Below are positions 48,021 through 62,500 of a stretch of DNA of 64,000 nt, one piece after another; position 1 is the stretch's first letter, and every line of letters begins with the position of its first letter. A model generated the notes under the pieces. It worked only from the letters and a program-made list of their open reading frames with translations, had not been told where the DNA came from and made no database searches. This stretch comes from Gracilinanus agilis (Eukaryota): NCBI RefSeq assembly GCF_016433145.1, contig NC_058133.1, positions 380,743,736-380,807,735 of the forward strand, written 5' to 3'. Both the position numbers and the translations under genes were made by a program.

Positions 48021-51000
48021 ATTCACATACTTTTCCCATTGTCCTAAGTTTAAAAAGGAATGAAAAGAATAATAACACTTTGTTCTTATTTATCACTTCA
48101 TAATTGACTTCTCCAACACTGCTCTGATTCACATAGAATGATCATCCAGTCCTAATCCCATAATTTCAAATCTCTATCCCATCTCTGTTCTGCACCCAAA
48201 TCTCTCTATGTAATTCATTTCCTTTGTTTTATCTGTCTATCCGTCCCATTAGTCCTCTGGCACATTTTCTTTTTCTGCTCATTTTCAATAGTATAAGGCT
48301 GTGATTTTATTGGTGTAGGAAACTCTCTTCAATACAGGTCAGCACCTCTGAAACTTAAATTGGCTTAAATTAAGCATTAAGGTTAAATAACTTGCCCAGA
48401 GCCACTAAGACAGTAAGTAGTGTCAGAAATCTTTCTAGCTCCAAGGTAGACACTTGAACCTCAGTATACTCTTATAAACTCTATACTTTCTCATAATCAT
48501 AATTTATTTACATTCTTAAAGCTAATTATTACATGAATTCTTAAGGTTCTTCACCAGATATCTGCAGCTCATTGTACTCTATATAACTTTTTAACATTGT
48601 ATTTCCTTTTTTTGTTAGGGGCAGGGATAATCATCTTAATTGGAAAGTTTCTTATTTTTCAGTGTATTATTTTGAATTCACAAGGAAGGGTGTTGTGAGC
48701 ACTACTGTGAAATAAGATTTTATATTGTGTCTTGGACACAGGAGGAAGCAAATGAGCCAATCAATGAACAAACATTCACTAAGTACTTACTATGTTTCAG
48801 ACACTGCATTAAACATATACAGTAACAAAAATGAAAGGATATCTGCCTTTAAGGAGCTTAGTCTCTTAGGGGAGACAATGTATATGTGTACAAATCTACT
48901 GACTATATACATTGTATTCACAAACAAGATAGTTTGGGGAGGGTAGTGCACTAGCAGTTGTGGTGAGAGGTAGGAGGTGGGTATGGATGTCCAGGTAGAG
49001 TTTGATGAACAAGAAGTTTGAACTGAATCTTGAAGGAAATCAGAATATGCAAAAGTAGAAGTAGAAGTGGGAATTCCAGTCATGGGAGAGACACAATGAA
49101 AAAGCAGGAAATATCTACCAGTATTATGTGTAAGAAGGGACCAGGTTTTAAAGTTGTATTTAAACCTTGAGGGAGTTTTTGAGTAGTTTTGGGTGAGATG
49201 ATCAAACCTGTCTCTTAGGTAAAATCAATTAGCAGCTAAGGGGAGGATAAATTGAAGAAGGGAAAGGCTTTGATGTAGGAACATCAAATAGTAGAATATA
49301 GAAATAATCTAGGCTGGATGTGATGGGGGCCTGAACTAGGGCAGTGACTACATGAGTGGAGAAAGGATGGGATGAATTTGAGATGTTCAAGTTAGAGAAG
49401 TTTTGTTAAAATAAGGGAAAAGAACAATTATTAATCTTTCAGAGTTGCAGTTTTTCAGTCAATATCACTACACTGATGGGACTTCTTTACTAGTATTCTG
49501 AGGTATTTTCAGACAGAACCAGTGACAGAATTTGGTATTGTTGACTATGCACAAGGTTTTGCTTTATTCAGTTACAGGAGGCAGAGATGAGAGCAAGAGA
49601 AAAAAATAAATGCTTGGGTTTTTTTTTAAAGTACTTATTGCTTTTCCTTTTGAAAACACTATAATAATCTTGACCATCTTGATTCTATTTCTCTAACTCA
49701 AGCATTTTGTCTTTGTATTCTTTTTGAGGCTGGATATAGGGTTCTCTCTTGAATTAAAGCATTCTTTTTTTTCCCCCTTGGGAAAGAGGGAAAGATTCCC
49801 TCTCTTCAGAACTGGAAGTGTTTTTGTTATCATCAGCAATTCTGGGATGATTCTGTAAAATGATTGCCGCCTTTCTTAATTGTGCCATTTAAAACTTTTA
49901 CTTAGTCTACCTTCTAGATCATAAATTCAAAAAAATTATAGTTTGTTGTTCCTTACTCCGAATTTTCATTTTACTGGTATAAGTAGGTAGCTTTTGGTTT
50001 TAGATAACTGACTCAAAGGAGGTTTCTGTTTTATCCTATCTATAGAAACAAACAGCTGAGACTAAACTCCATGAAGAAGTTGCATCAGTGTGATGCAATG
50101 TATGAGTCAGGAGACCTGAGTCCTGATTTTTGTTCTGCCACAAACTTGCTGTGTAACCTCGAGTAAGTCACTTGACTTTTTTTGGACCTCTGTCTCCCTG
50201 TTTTTGAGTGGGTTAGATGTTGAGATGTCTTCCAGCTCTAAATATATGACTATATAATGTGTATAAAATGTTAACTCTGAGAATGAATTTTTCACTTTTA
50301 GCCAGCAATATTAGCATTACATAGATACAGCTTCAAGAGTGTCTGAGGAAACAAATTTTCCTTGGCTAGAGACTTTTAGAAGCCACAGACATTAAGAGAA
50401 TTTAACTCTGCTAGAGAGTCTATCCTTGAAGCCACCATATCATAATATTGAAATCATCAGAAATGAAAGATTTGCTGAAAAAGAGAGAGGCATTTGAGAG
50501 AAACTCAGATGATGTGTCTCCTGAACTGCTAGGGGTCAGGAACATTTGACAGTCATGGGCAGGTTTATCCCTACAAGCGCTTTTCTTTTTCTTATTCTGT
50601 GTTTTCACTGAGCAGGCTTCTGATCTTAATTTGATTTCCTAAGAATGCTTCCCTACCAGGAAGAGAGATGTTTTATTGTAAATTATTAAATTAGCTTTCT
50701 GGTACAAATCAGTCTCCTGTGAGTTTGGATAGCATGAGCCAGTTTTTCCCAGAGTCTGATCACCCCTGGATAAATGTACCATGAAAGTTCCAGATGAGCA
50801 ATGTTAATGAGACAAACAGTGGAATAAAGAGAGAAATTTGCAAGCTCTTTTCTAAATATCAACCTGTCTCCTGCTATATTCATGCATATTTCTGTCAATC
50901 TGATACATACTTTGATGCTTTCCTCTCTTTTAAATAGATTATAAGAATGTGACTTCACAATCAAATAGGAATACCTTTTATTTCTGAAAATCAGTATCAT

Positions 51001-52141
51001 GTGCTAAAACACTGGTGTGGGAGTCAAGAAAACCTTGGATTTTAGTCCCATTGTGGCCACTAAACTGCTATGTGATCTTAGACAAGTCACTTAATCTCTC
51101 ATGTTCTCCTTAAAATCATTGGTTTGGACTATCTGACCTCAAAATTGTAAGCTTCCATATTTCTATGACTCGAATCTAGGAACTGCTTTAATTTTTTTAA
51201 AACAACATACACTGTTGTATAACATTCTTACATTTCATATATGCTTTACATCAGAGGTTTCTTATTGTCTGAAGCAGCAGCTTATTCATTTTTGTATAAT
51301 TTGCTTCCTATTCCCTTTTTTTCCCACATGTACAATTTTTTTACTTCTGCTTCATTCTAACCCACATCCCACTTTATATTTTGTTTGGTTTTAGCTACTT
51401 TGCTTAATTTTTATATTTTATTTCAGGATAAGTTTAGATTCTCAAGTATAAATTAGGAGAGGGATAGAGAGACTGAATGTGTGATTTCCTGAGTATAGGG
51501 AACTCCCAGAGAAGGAAACTTTTCTACCAATGCATGCCAGTGCCTTCTCTGCAACTTCTAGTGTTAGACAGTTGCCTAAAAGAGACTACTGAGAAACCTG
51601 CATGGGCTCACATAGTCTATGTCTGTTGTATCAAAGTCAGGATATGAAGTGAGGTCTTCTTAGCCTTGTGACCAGCTCTCAATCAATAATTACACTATTC
51701 TGCCTTTAGTAATATAAGCATTAGCACAGAAGTTTTAGGTTAGCTTTATTTTAGGAAGTGTAAACCAAAGGATGTATTCAAAATGGATCGATAACAGAAT
51801 TTTAGAATTGTAATGGACCATACAGATCATTTATTCCTTCCTTCCTCATTTAATAGATGAATAAAGAGGTCTAAATTGATTGGACCTCATAAGAGCTGGC
51901 ATATGAACCCAAACCTTTTGTCTACAAACTCCAGATTCTTCCAATTTTTTTCAATAACTTGACGTATTTGTGATCAGATCAATGTGGACATTCTCTCCAG
52001 TAGTAAATATTGAGGTTGATCTTCATCTTCTTTTCTTGTGTAACTCTTGTTCATTTTCTTTCCGAAATCCTCCATGAAGGATATATTAAACATTTTAGGA
52101 TGCTTTCTTTAAGTCAGTTAATAAAATATGAGTACCAATCT

Positions 52142-52340
52142 GTTTTTTTTAACTCTTACCTTTCTTAACATCAATACTGTGTTTTGGTTTTAAGGCAGAA
52201 GAGCAGTAAGGGTTAGGCAGTGGAGATTGAATGATTTTCCAAGGGTCACACAGATGGGAAGTGTCTAAATTCAGATTTGAACCCAAGACCTCCCATCTCT
52301 GGGCTTGACTGTCAGTCCACTGAGCCATCAAGCTGTCCTT
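52142..52340 (-). mobile_element. SINE1_Mdo-related SINE
   Basis: Reverse tail and head. Confidence 0.85.
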
Positions 52341-55300
52341 GCCAGTCTATTTCTTAATTCTCTCTCTACTGGCCTACCTCATTTTTTCATTATACATGTC
52401 TTTGATGATACCTTTAAGGCCTTCTCTTATGCAAAGCTTTTCATTGGTAATATCCTTCCATATATTTATATTTGCTATATACCATGATATTGTTCTTTGA
52501 GTAATCTTCAATTTTGGTTTTTCAAAGATGATAGTGTTCTATGATTCACAACTGTATAGAATCACTAGAAGAACACTGGTATTTAAAAAGATGGTTTTTT
52601 TGTTTTAAGGAGAAGCTTGGAGTCACCAAAAGCACTAGACAATTTTTCAAATGAAATCTACCTCATTCTCTTCTTCTGTTAAATTCTGAGCCCAGTTTTT
52701 CACCTATCTGAAGGGTTTGTCCAGTTGTTCAATATGTTGTTGTTCAGTTTTCTCTGACTCTTTGCAATCCCATGGACCATACTATCCACAGGGTTTTCTT
52801 GAGAAAGATACTGTAGTAGTTTGCCATTTCTTTCTCTATTGGATTGAAGTAAAAAGGATCAAGCAACTTGCCCTGGGTCACACTGACAATAAGTGCCTGA
52901 GGCCGGATTTGAATTCAGATCTTCCTGACACCAGACTCAGCACTCTACCCACTGAGCCATCTACTTCTCTCACTGATGGTCCAATTCTAAAATCTAGGTG
53001 TATATTATAAATCATTGGCCTACCGATGGAAGGACCTGAGGCTATTATCAAATCCAACCACTTTATTTTAAAGATAAAGAAACTGAGGCCTAAAAAGGCT
53101 CAGAAACTTATCCAAGTTCACACAGATAATATGCATAGAGGCAGGATTTGAACCCAGTCCTTCTGATTTCAAAGCCACTCTTCTTTCCATTATATCATGC
53201 TGACAATAGGCATTCATTATCCATTTAGCTTTTTCTGTGCACATAGTTAGATGTTCTGCTTTAGACACAACACACATGGGCTATGTGATTCCTTGCAAGT
53301 CATTAAACTTCTCAGTAATCTCTCTTTTAAGCAACTAAGAATAGAAGTTGTAGAGAAAGTACTGCTCCATATTGGTAGATGGAGGTTCCTTTCCTGGGAG
53401 TTCTCTGTACCTATAAAATTATACATTCAGGCCCTCTCTCCCAATACTCCTAATGTTCTCTAAATTTTCTATGTAATAACTATCGCTCTTAATTTAGGAG
53501 ATGTACCTTAGTTTAACTAAATTAAATTCAACAATGACTTGTTTAATACCTTCTACATACAAGATACTACCCTTGGTAGATGGATTCAATGACGAAAATG
53601 AAAAATAACCCCTGTGCTAAAGAATTTTTTATTCTGCTACAGATGCAACATGTTAACAAATGCTTATTTTTTTAATAAGAGAATATTAGAGAAAAAATTG
53701 GTCAACACTAGATTACTGCCATCAGTACAATGCTATTTATAAACAGGAGCATTCGGTGGACATACCACCTATAGTGCTCCTGTTCGACTAATATTCTGCA
53801 CTGGGTGTCTTAAATGACAGTGGTATATACTTTTACATGTATGAAATATATATGCATGGCAAGCATGTTTCATCATAGGCTTTTCTTGATATTGACCAGT
53901 TGATCAGCAAGTATCTATTTAAGTGCTTACTGTGTTCCTGGCACTATACTGGTTGCTAGGTCCACAAAGAATATCCTTGAGAATCTTACATTCTAGGGAA
54001 AAAAATGTGAACATATATAAATATATACCTAATAAATACAAGGTAACTTGTAGGCAGGGTAGGGGGAGAGATTAATAGGGAAGATCAAGAAAGGCTTCAT
54101 TGTGTTTGAACTAACTTTGAAAGAAACTAGAAACAAAGTGAGGAAAGAGTAAGTTTCCTACATGGGGGAAAGCCTATGAAAGTTATTTATGAGGATCAGA
54201 AGAAATTCAATTTTGAAGATGTAGTGTGTGAAGGAGAGTACTATATAAAATGGAAAAGTAAGTAGAGATCAAGTTATGATAGGTTTTAAAAGCCACCTAG
54301 AGAGTGGATATCCTATTAGTAATATACACTATAATTTAGAAAGGGGAATGACACAGTATCAGACTGATACTTTAGGAATATCACTTTGGCAGGTTTAAGA
54401 ATAATTATGTTGAAGAAATTAAAGCAAGAAAGCTAAAGAGAAACCTTTTTTTCTGGTTTTTTGTGGGTGTTTTTTCTATTTCAAATACTGAAAAGTTCCC
54501 TAGGCTCTTTGAGGGTCCCCCAAATTTCTGCCTCCCCCCCAAACTCATAGCCCCAATTCCCATGGTAGTTCTACTTCAAAGGGCAGCAATTCTTAAAGAC
54601 ATTTTGGTATATTAGAGTTATGATTCCCAGCCTGCTTTACAGAAAGAAAAAGGACCTGAAAATGAGGATGGTAACCTTGTGAGCCTGGGAGAAGGGAACA
54701 AATCAAGAGATGTTGTGGAAGTTGATTAAAAGGGCACTGAATGTGGCTAAATGAGAAGAAATGTGGGCTCCAGCCAATGGAGAATGATCTGAGCAGGGCT
54801 GGACAGAATGGGTTGCTGTCCCAGGTCTGGATGGGAATAGAACATGATGGGGATGGGTCCCATTCTGGTGGTTGTGGCCATAACTGTGACTCTTGACTAT
54901 GACTATAATTGTGACTATAAGTGAATAGATATTCATATGTTGGTCAGAAATAAAACATATCTTTATGAATTTTACCACTCTTTGGGTTTGGTGTTGTGCT
55001 TGCACTGAAAAAAGTATTTCCAGAGAGGAAATCTGGAATACTATCTTTATTACCCTACATGAGACAACTTTGCCCACCCCTAAAAATAGCATGCAGGATT
55101 TTAAGATTCTTCATCCAGCCCTCAAGAACCAGTTGACTGTTGTTTTTTGAAGATCTGGGTAAAGATTTAGAAGAAGATGAATTTAAGATGAGAGTGGCCA
55201 CCTACTTAGACCTACTCCAGCAAAAAAACAAAACAAAAAAAACCCTGAAAATTCATACTGGATCAAGCAATTCAGGGATAAACTACAGTCAATGATTTCT

Positions 55301-56163
55301 TCCACCTCAGAACTATTCAGTGAACCACCTAGAAGCCCACAAGTAGTAGGAAAGAGCACTGCTAACAAAGTTGGCATAAACCCAGGCAAATATGCCTGCA
55401 AATCTCCCAGCATGACCAGAATTGACCAAAAGCATATGAAGCCTGCAAGTTTTAGCCTCTGGAGGCAGCAAGATCTGAGATTCCACCAAGAAATCCCAGC
55501 ACCTAGAAAGTGTTGGGAAGCATCAATGGCCAGCATGATTCAGAAGTTCTCAAAACACTAATGCCAGGCCTGGGACTCTAAAGCCGCTAATACACTGTCC
55601 TCAGACTCCAAAGAGGCCCCTAAATATTCTGAACCTCAGGTTTTTGTGCAAGGTCTACTACCTTGAACAACCTTATCCAAGGAGTAGGAGAGGTAAGCCT
55701 AGGACCTAGGGGGAGCAAGGGTGAATCCATGCAGGACTGATTACACCTTCCAAATAGGAAGTAGAGAGGCAAAGCCTGGCCCTGGTACAAAGCCCCAATT
55801 CAGTAGTTAGAGCTGAAGAAATGAGTAAACCAAACAATATACTGAGCAGTATTTTTTTTTAAATTACTATAGATCTTAAGATGCACAAAAATCCAGCTTA
55901 AAAAGAGAAAGTAACTACACAACAATTACAGAAATTCAAAAGAAAAAATGGATTTCTTTCCAATTGTTTAGTCCAAAGGACTACATGAATATCTAGAATA
56001 AATGAAGCAAGGTATTAAAAAAATGAAATAAAAACTCTAGAGGAAAGTGTTGGTAGGAAAATAAAGTAGCTTAGAAAAGAAAATGGTAAACCATAACAAT
56101 CCTCTGATTACACTAGACCAAACAGAAATTAATGACCTTACAGAGCAGTAAGAAATATTAGAA

Positions 56164-56350
56164 GGGGGGCAGCTGGGTAGCTCAGTGGATTGAGTCAGGC
56201 CTAGAGACGGGAGGTCCTAGGTTCAAATCCGGCCTCAGACATTTCCCAGCTGTGTGACCCTGGGCAAGTCACTTGACCCCCATTGCCCACCCTTACCACT
56301 CTTCCACCTATGAGCCAATACACAGAAGTTAAGGGTTTAAGGGGAAAAAA
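56164..56350 (+). mobile_element. SINE1_Mdo-type SINE nested in L1 ORF1
   Basis: Full length; flanking AAGAAATATTA repeat. Confidence 0.92.
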
Positions 56351-56660
56351 AAGAAATATTAAAAAGAAATCCAAAGACTGAAAAGAAAGGAAGAAAATAT
56401 TAAACTAGCTGATTAAAAACAAACAAACAAATCTGATCTGTAAAATAGTTCCAAAAGAGATAATTAAAGAATCAATGTACTCCCTGAAAACCATAATAAT
56501 AATAAAGCTTAATTTATACTATTTCAGAAAATAAGTGAAAACTTCAGATATATTAGAAGAGGGTAAAGTGAAAGTAGAGAGAATCCACTGATCATGCCTT
56601 GAAAGGAACCCCGAAAGAAAAATTTCCTGGAATGTCATAGACAAAATTCTGAGCTCTCAT

Positions 56661-57205
56661 TTTTTTAAAGTTTATTTATTTATTTGTTTATTTAATTTAG
56701 AATGTTTTTGCATTGTTACATGAATCATATTTTTCCCTTCCCTCCTCCCACCCCCTCCTGTAGCCAATGAGCAATTCCACTGGGTTTTACATTGATCAAG
56801 ACCCATTTCTATATTATTAGTATTTGCACTAGGGTGATTGTTTAGTCTGCATCTCCAGTCATATCTCCATTGAACCATGTGATCAAGCAGTTGTTTTTCT
56901 TCTGTATTTCTACTCCCACAATTTTTTCTCTAGATGTGGATAGTGTTCTTTCTTATAAGTCCTTCAGAATTGTCCTGAATCATTGCATTTCTGCTAGTAG
57001 AGAAGTCTATTACATTCATTTGTACACAGAATGGATGTGGATAGTGTTCTTTCTCATAAGTCCTTCAGAATTGTCCTGGATCATTGCATTCCTGCTAGTA
57101 GAGAAGTCTATTATATTCAGTTGTGCACAGTGTATCTGTCTCTGTGTATAATGTTCTCCTGAGTCTACTCCTTTCACTCTGCATCAATTCCTGGAGGTCT
57201 CCAGT
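56661..57205 (-). mobile_element. 5'-truncated L1_Mdo-type 3' end with internal tandem duplication
   Basis: Same family as 27605-28137; TSD AGCTCTCAT at 56652-56660 and 57206-57214. Confidence 0.88.
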
Positions 57206-58085
57206 AGCTCTCATGTTAAAGGGAAAAAAAGAACAGTCACAATCGTACAAGATTTGCAGTTTTTAATATAATTGAGAGGTGATAAATGAGACGTAATATA
57301 ATTATACAAGAAAACAAAAAGAATAGGATTACAACCAAATATAAATTCCCCATTGCAGAGTGGGGTATTATTTTATGGGGCTTGGAGGGGTGGAATTTAA
57401 TGGGATAGAGAACTTTCAGACTTTACAATGTAAAGATGAAGTGAGTAAGAATGATAAAATGCAAAACTCAAGAGACAAAAGAAACTTAGAAAGATAAATT
57501 CATTTGAGCAATTGGAAGAGGCTATAGGATGATATAGTGCTAATGTTCTAGTTGGGGAGAAGGTGTCCCTTGAAAACCTCAATGTCATTGAAGGGTATCA
57601 GGAGAGTTAAATACCTGGGACTAGCTTGTTTCCCCCCATCCCCACCCCATGAGTTTGAAGAGCTAGAAGAGAAGGTAGTAGAACAAGTATTGAAGAAATC
57701 AGCAAGAAACAGGAGATAGAACTTGTTTTTTCTCTTACTTGGGGTATATAACAAGAATACACAAACATGGAGAAAAGGATGGGTTAGCAGGCATTGAATG
57801 AACACTTATCTGAAGTTGGTAAAGGAGGGGTAAATAACAGTACATGAACAGTTGTACACAGTTTTGTGTGGAGATATATCAAACTCATCAGTTAGTTGAA
57901 TATGTTAGAAAGGGGAGGTCATAAGGGAGAATTACACTGGAGAGGGAAGAACCATATACAAAGTGGTCTTCTTGATGCTGGTGGGAGAAGTTTAAAAGCA
58001 AAAGAAAAGAAATGAGATAAGCATATAAAGGAGCAAATGACTGAACCAATGGTGGCATATTAATGGGATGGAATATCATTGTGCC

Positions 58086-58307
58086 NNNNNNNNNNNNNNN
58101 NNNNNNNNNNNNNNNNNNNNNNNNNNNNNNNNNNNNNNNNNNNNNNNNNNNNNNNNNNNNNNNNNNNNNNNNNNNNNNNNNNNNNNNNNNNNNNNNNNNN
58201 NNNNNNNNNNNNNNNNNNNNNNNNNNNNNNNNNNNNNNNNNNNNNNNNNNNNNNNNNNNNNNNNNNNNNNNNNNNNNNNNNNNNNNNNNNNNNNNNNNNN
58301 NNNNNNN
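58086..58307. other. Assembly gap (222 N)
   Basis: Run of n. Confidence 1.
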
Positions 58308-58461
58308 CTTGTGTGTATTGGCTCCAAGGCAGAAGAGTGGTAAGGGCTAGGCAATGGGGGTCAAGTGACTTGCCCAGGGTCACACAGCTAGGAAGTGTCT
58401 GAAGCCAGATTTGAATCTAGGACCTCCTGTCTCTAGGTCTGGCTCTCAATCTACTGAGCCC
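58308..58461 (-). mobile_element. SINE1_Mdo-type SINE abutting the gap
   Basis: Reverse SINE body. Confidence 0.88.
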
Positions 58462-59239
58462 CCTAAAAGGTTATTTCAGAGAAGAAATGAGCAATTAAGT
58501 AAGATGTCAATATATACAATGACAGCAGTACTGTAAAGACAAATAACTCCCAAAGATTTAAAGTACTCTAATCAGTGACTAATCATTTCTCCAGAGAGCC
58601 AATGCCAAAGCATGTTACCCATCTTCTAAGAAAGGAGATTATCTGTTAAAGATTTTTCCCTTTTGTTTTTAATTGGAGTTTGTGGAAAGGGGAAATGTAG
58701 TAATGGCGGAGCCCCTAGCCCAGACAGTCATTGAAACTGTCAAAATGCATAGAAGAGAACAGAAGAAAGTTCAGAAGGAAGTGCAGACAAATAAGATAGT
58801 TCGACTATGATTTGTGGCTTTTATTATATACTTTTTTTTTAAAATGAGCAGTATGAAATGGAAACTCATGGTTTCCTATATAATTCTCTTTTTGCATTTT
58901 ACTGTGTTTATGGAAATGATGTTTTGAGTTATGAATTTAAAAAATAAAAAAGCATTATACAAAATTATCTCTGTGTTACATCTTTCAAGGAATCTTGTAT
59001 AATCTTAACATATGCATGAGAGGTAATGTTGGGAGAGGTGATATTTTTCTCTACCATATAAAATGCTTTTTAATACTTAGCAAATAAGCACAGTGGGATC
59101 TTGTATTCTTAGAACCTTTCAATCAATTGCGTGTCTGTAAAGATATGTTGTGCTAAATAATATAACTTACAGTACCCTTCCTGTTCCCTTCGTATACATT
59201 TATCAGTGATGCCCTTGATACATGTGTGGATTATTCTTA

Positions 59240-59500
59240 AGGTTTTTTGTTTGTTTGTCGAGACATGATGGTGGACATAAGGGTTGGTAGCAACATATTT
59301 TTAATTGCCCTTTTTGGTAGTAATAATGTCTGTCATTTTTTCCAAGCATCTGATATCTTCCCTCCCTTTCAGACATCTTGAGAATCAATCCTTCAATTAT
59401 GTTGACTCTTAATACAGACCACTTTTGTGTACATGGGATCATTTCAAGCTACTATTCTCATCTTTGTTTTCTATATTGCCATTTCTTCATGCAACGTATC
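59240..59500 (-). mobile_element. RTE LINE reverse-transcriptase fragment
   Basis: Minus strand resembles the RTE motif EG.IPDAWKK...LLPKKG...I..YRP.C across frameshifts. Confidence 0.55.
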
Positions 59501-62500
59501 AGAAACTGTGTTGTTGGATGGCTCTACTGTCATTAATGGAGAAAAAATAATTTATCATAGAAATTTTGATAGATCTCTACATTTTGTCTTTTTTCCCTCC
59601 TAGGTTTAGTCTTAAAAATTCTTGTGATGATCTGACTTATTTGAGTCTTTTGTCAAGCTTTGTTTTTTTCTCTACCCCTTCTTACTGTTTTATAAAGCAT
59701 AATGCTTATATACCATCTTTCCATAAAATTTTATAAATTACTTTATATTTGTCTAGGCATGATTCTGTTTCTCACTATCCAACAATAAAAGAGAAAGAAA
59801 TTGTTCTCAGCTTCCTGTAGAATAAAGCTTATTCTCTCAGCCCTGTCACTCAAGGCTTTCTTTTGTTTGGTCCTACTTTTTCTATCTGCCCTTAATTATC
59901 ACTGCTCTCTGCAATGAATTCTTCCGGTAAAGCTGGTCTCTTCACACTTCTCCACACACCATACAAATACCTATCTTTATAAATCTTTGTTTATGCCATT
60001 AGCCTTGCCTAAAATCTTTCTCTGCCTATTGAGCTTTAGTACTTCCAGCCAGAAAATATTTCCCTGAATATTATTGATTCACATTTCTCTTTGCCCTCTT
60101 TCACATCTATATTATTCACCGCCTGTATCATTAGTTTGTGCATTCTATATATTTCCTTGCACTGTTATTTTTTCCTGTACATGACTCATCTTTCTAATTG
60201 TAAGTTCTATGAGTTCTTATGTTTTTTAATTTCTCTTAGCTCCTAGTACACACTCTGTTCAGTATATAGTAGGGACTCAATAAATGCATATTGATCATAG
60301 ATTTGGAGCTAGAAAAAACCTTACAAGACATCTAATCCAATCCCTTTAATCCAATCCCTTCAATCTGAAAGTGAGAAAATGCAGGTAGGAAGTACAAAAG
60401 CAAATCTACCATAGGTCATCCAGGTAGAAAGTAGCCAAACTAGACTTTGCACAGTATTTAAAACAATAAAGTGAGATTGGGGCAAAAAAATAAGAAAATA
60501 TAAAAAAAGTAAGGAAGTACTGTATTCTATCATCTATAAATGTTTTAATATTTTTTGTTACATATTTGACCATTTTCAAGTCTTTTAACCACACCCTTCA
60601 TTTCCTTTCCCCAAATTCCCTCACTGTTTTATAGTGTTTATATCCTGGATTTTACAGGAAAGAGAAAATAAAACTGGATGGCTTTGAGATGCTTATTTCC
60701 AGGCTAGTTGAAAAGATATGAAAAATGAAAGAAATAATTTGAGAATAATAGAAGGGAGTATATAGAATAGAAAATATGTTCTAAAAAAATCAGCATGATT
60801 TTACTATGTTAAAGTTGCCACTGAAAAATAAGTATGGCGTTCGTAAAGGAATAATTCATGAGTAAGCTTAATTTTTGGAATATTTCAGTACTTTTAAGCA
60901 TTTCAGGATCTTGTTTATATATCAGTAGAGATCTTACCATTTGTCATCTTATCCAAACAAGATGGTCCTGACATCTTCTATGTAACAACTATATCTGTGA
61001 GATCTTTCTGTTTTAATTGGATAAAATAATACTCTTTGAGTATTTATTAATATTTTCTTAACCTATGCATGCTTTTATTTGAATTATGTAGAATAGATAT
61101 ATTTTGCATATTGATATTTCATAATATCCCTTTAAATTTTGTTGTGTCTGAATATCAAGATTTAGATATACCAATATAGATACATAATCTGATCTTTGGT
61201 TTTGGATGCTGAACTCTCCTTGGCTGAGCCTCCATGACTTTGCAAACTGAATCCTTGGATGAGCTACAAAAAGCAAAAAAAAAAAAAAGAAAGAAACATA
61301 CTCCCTTGTTGTTGTTGTTTGTACTGTATGGACACTATTGTCTTATTCTTTTGTTATTCTATATGCTTCTGGCATAATTATTTGCACAGGCATAGGTAAT
61401 GAACTTCTGATTTCATTGGTATAGGAAACTTTCACCCAAATAAGCTTCCTTTCCCAATGCAGAGTGGTACCTTCTCTGCAATTTATTATAATATAGTTGC
61501 CTATTTAATACCATGAAAAGTTACTTGCTCAGGCTTACACAGTCAATAGCTATCAGAAGTGTAACTTGAACTCCCGGCTTCCTGACTCCAAAGTCAGTTC
61601 TCTCTCTACTATTCGACACTGACTCTTCCATTTGAAGAGTCCACTATTCCATTTGAATACAAATTAACATTGAGTGTACAATTCTGACCTCTATCTCTAA
61701 AAATCCTTAAGATATGGATTAGGGTGTTTTTATGACTTCCTGTTGACTGAGTGTTATGTGTAATTTTCAGAGCTGATGGGGTATGCTTGAGGTCATACAT
61801 ACTTTATACATAAATGGATAATAATTGTGTAACTTTTTAAAGGACAAAATACTTTGAACTCTGTGCATGCTGACTAGCTCAATCCAATATATCTGAATGC
61901 CTTACCTGAAAGGCATATGAATAGCTCTTTCTACAGTATGGATTGTTGGCTTTTGTGATACTAATCTGATTTCATAGACAGATTTTAAACATAATTGATT
62001 AAAATCCTAGTGGAGACCATCCCAGTAATGACTCTTGATAGCAATATCAGTTTATCACAAGCTCTATGAGGTCAATAAGTCAGTCAGTAAACATTTATTT
62101 AGTGCCTTCTGTGTGCCCACATTGTGCTAAGCATAGATGATAAATGACATACAAAAGAAAGCTGAAAAGGGGAGGTGTGAGAGAGAGAAGAGACAACTTG
62201 ATAGCAAGAGATCACTACAGGGAAGAACAAAGGAATACATTCGGTTGGGAAATAAAGATATGCCTGCTCAGGGCATCCCCTTAAATGGAGGTTTTACTGG
62301 AAAGCCTGCAAAGATGGGTTTACTAATGGTTCACTTGTCATTTCAAAGTAAGTTTTAAGTTCAGAGAAGCTCATCACCAGGTTGCTATAGGGTGATGAAG
62401 TTTTTGTCCATTGCAATTCTTGAAGACAATCTACTTAGTTATTGGTGGTTTAATGATCTGTACTGGTGGGGAGAGTGTGTTCACACCGACAAAATTACAT

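Larger units (their letters stand above)
55240..58960 (+). mobile_element. Degraded, internally deleted LINE-1 (5' UTR, ORF1 from about 55821, 3' region) with nested insertions
   Basis: ATGAGTAAACCAAAC ORF1-type start, A-rich ORF1 remnants and L1-like 3' UTR; boundaries approximate. Confidence 0.6.

Noticed and set aside
58060-58402. ORFs spanning 58060-58402
   Set aside because: Artefacts of the N gap
8250-58461. tRNA-like heads (GGTAGCTCAGTGG...GGTTCAAATCC) at many positions
   Set aside because: SINE heads with tails and TSDs, not tRNA genes, and not a CRISPR-like array
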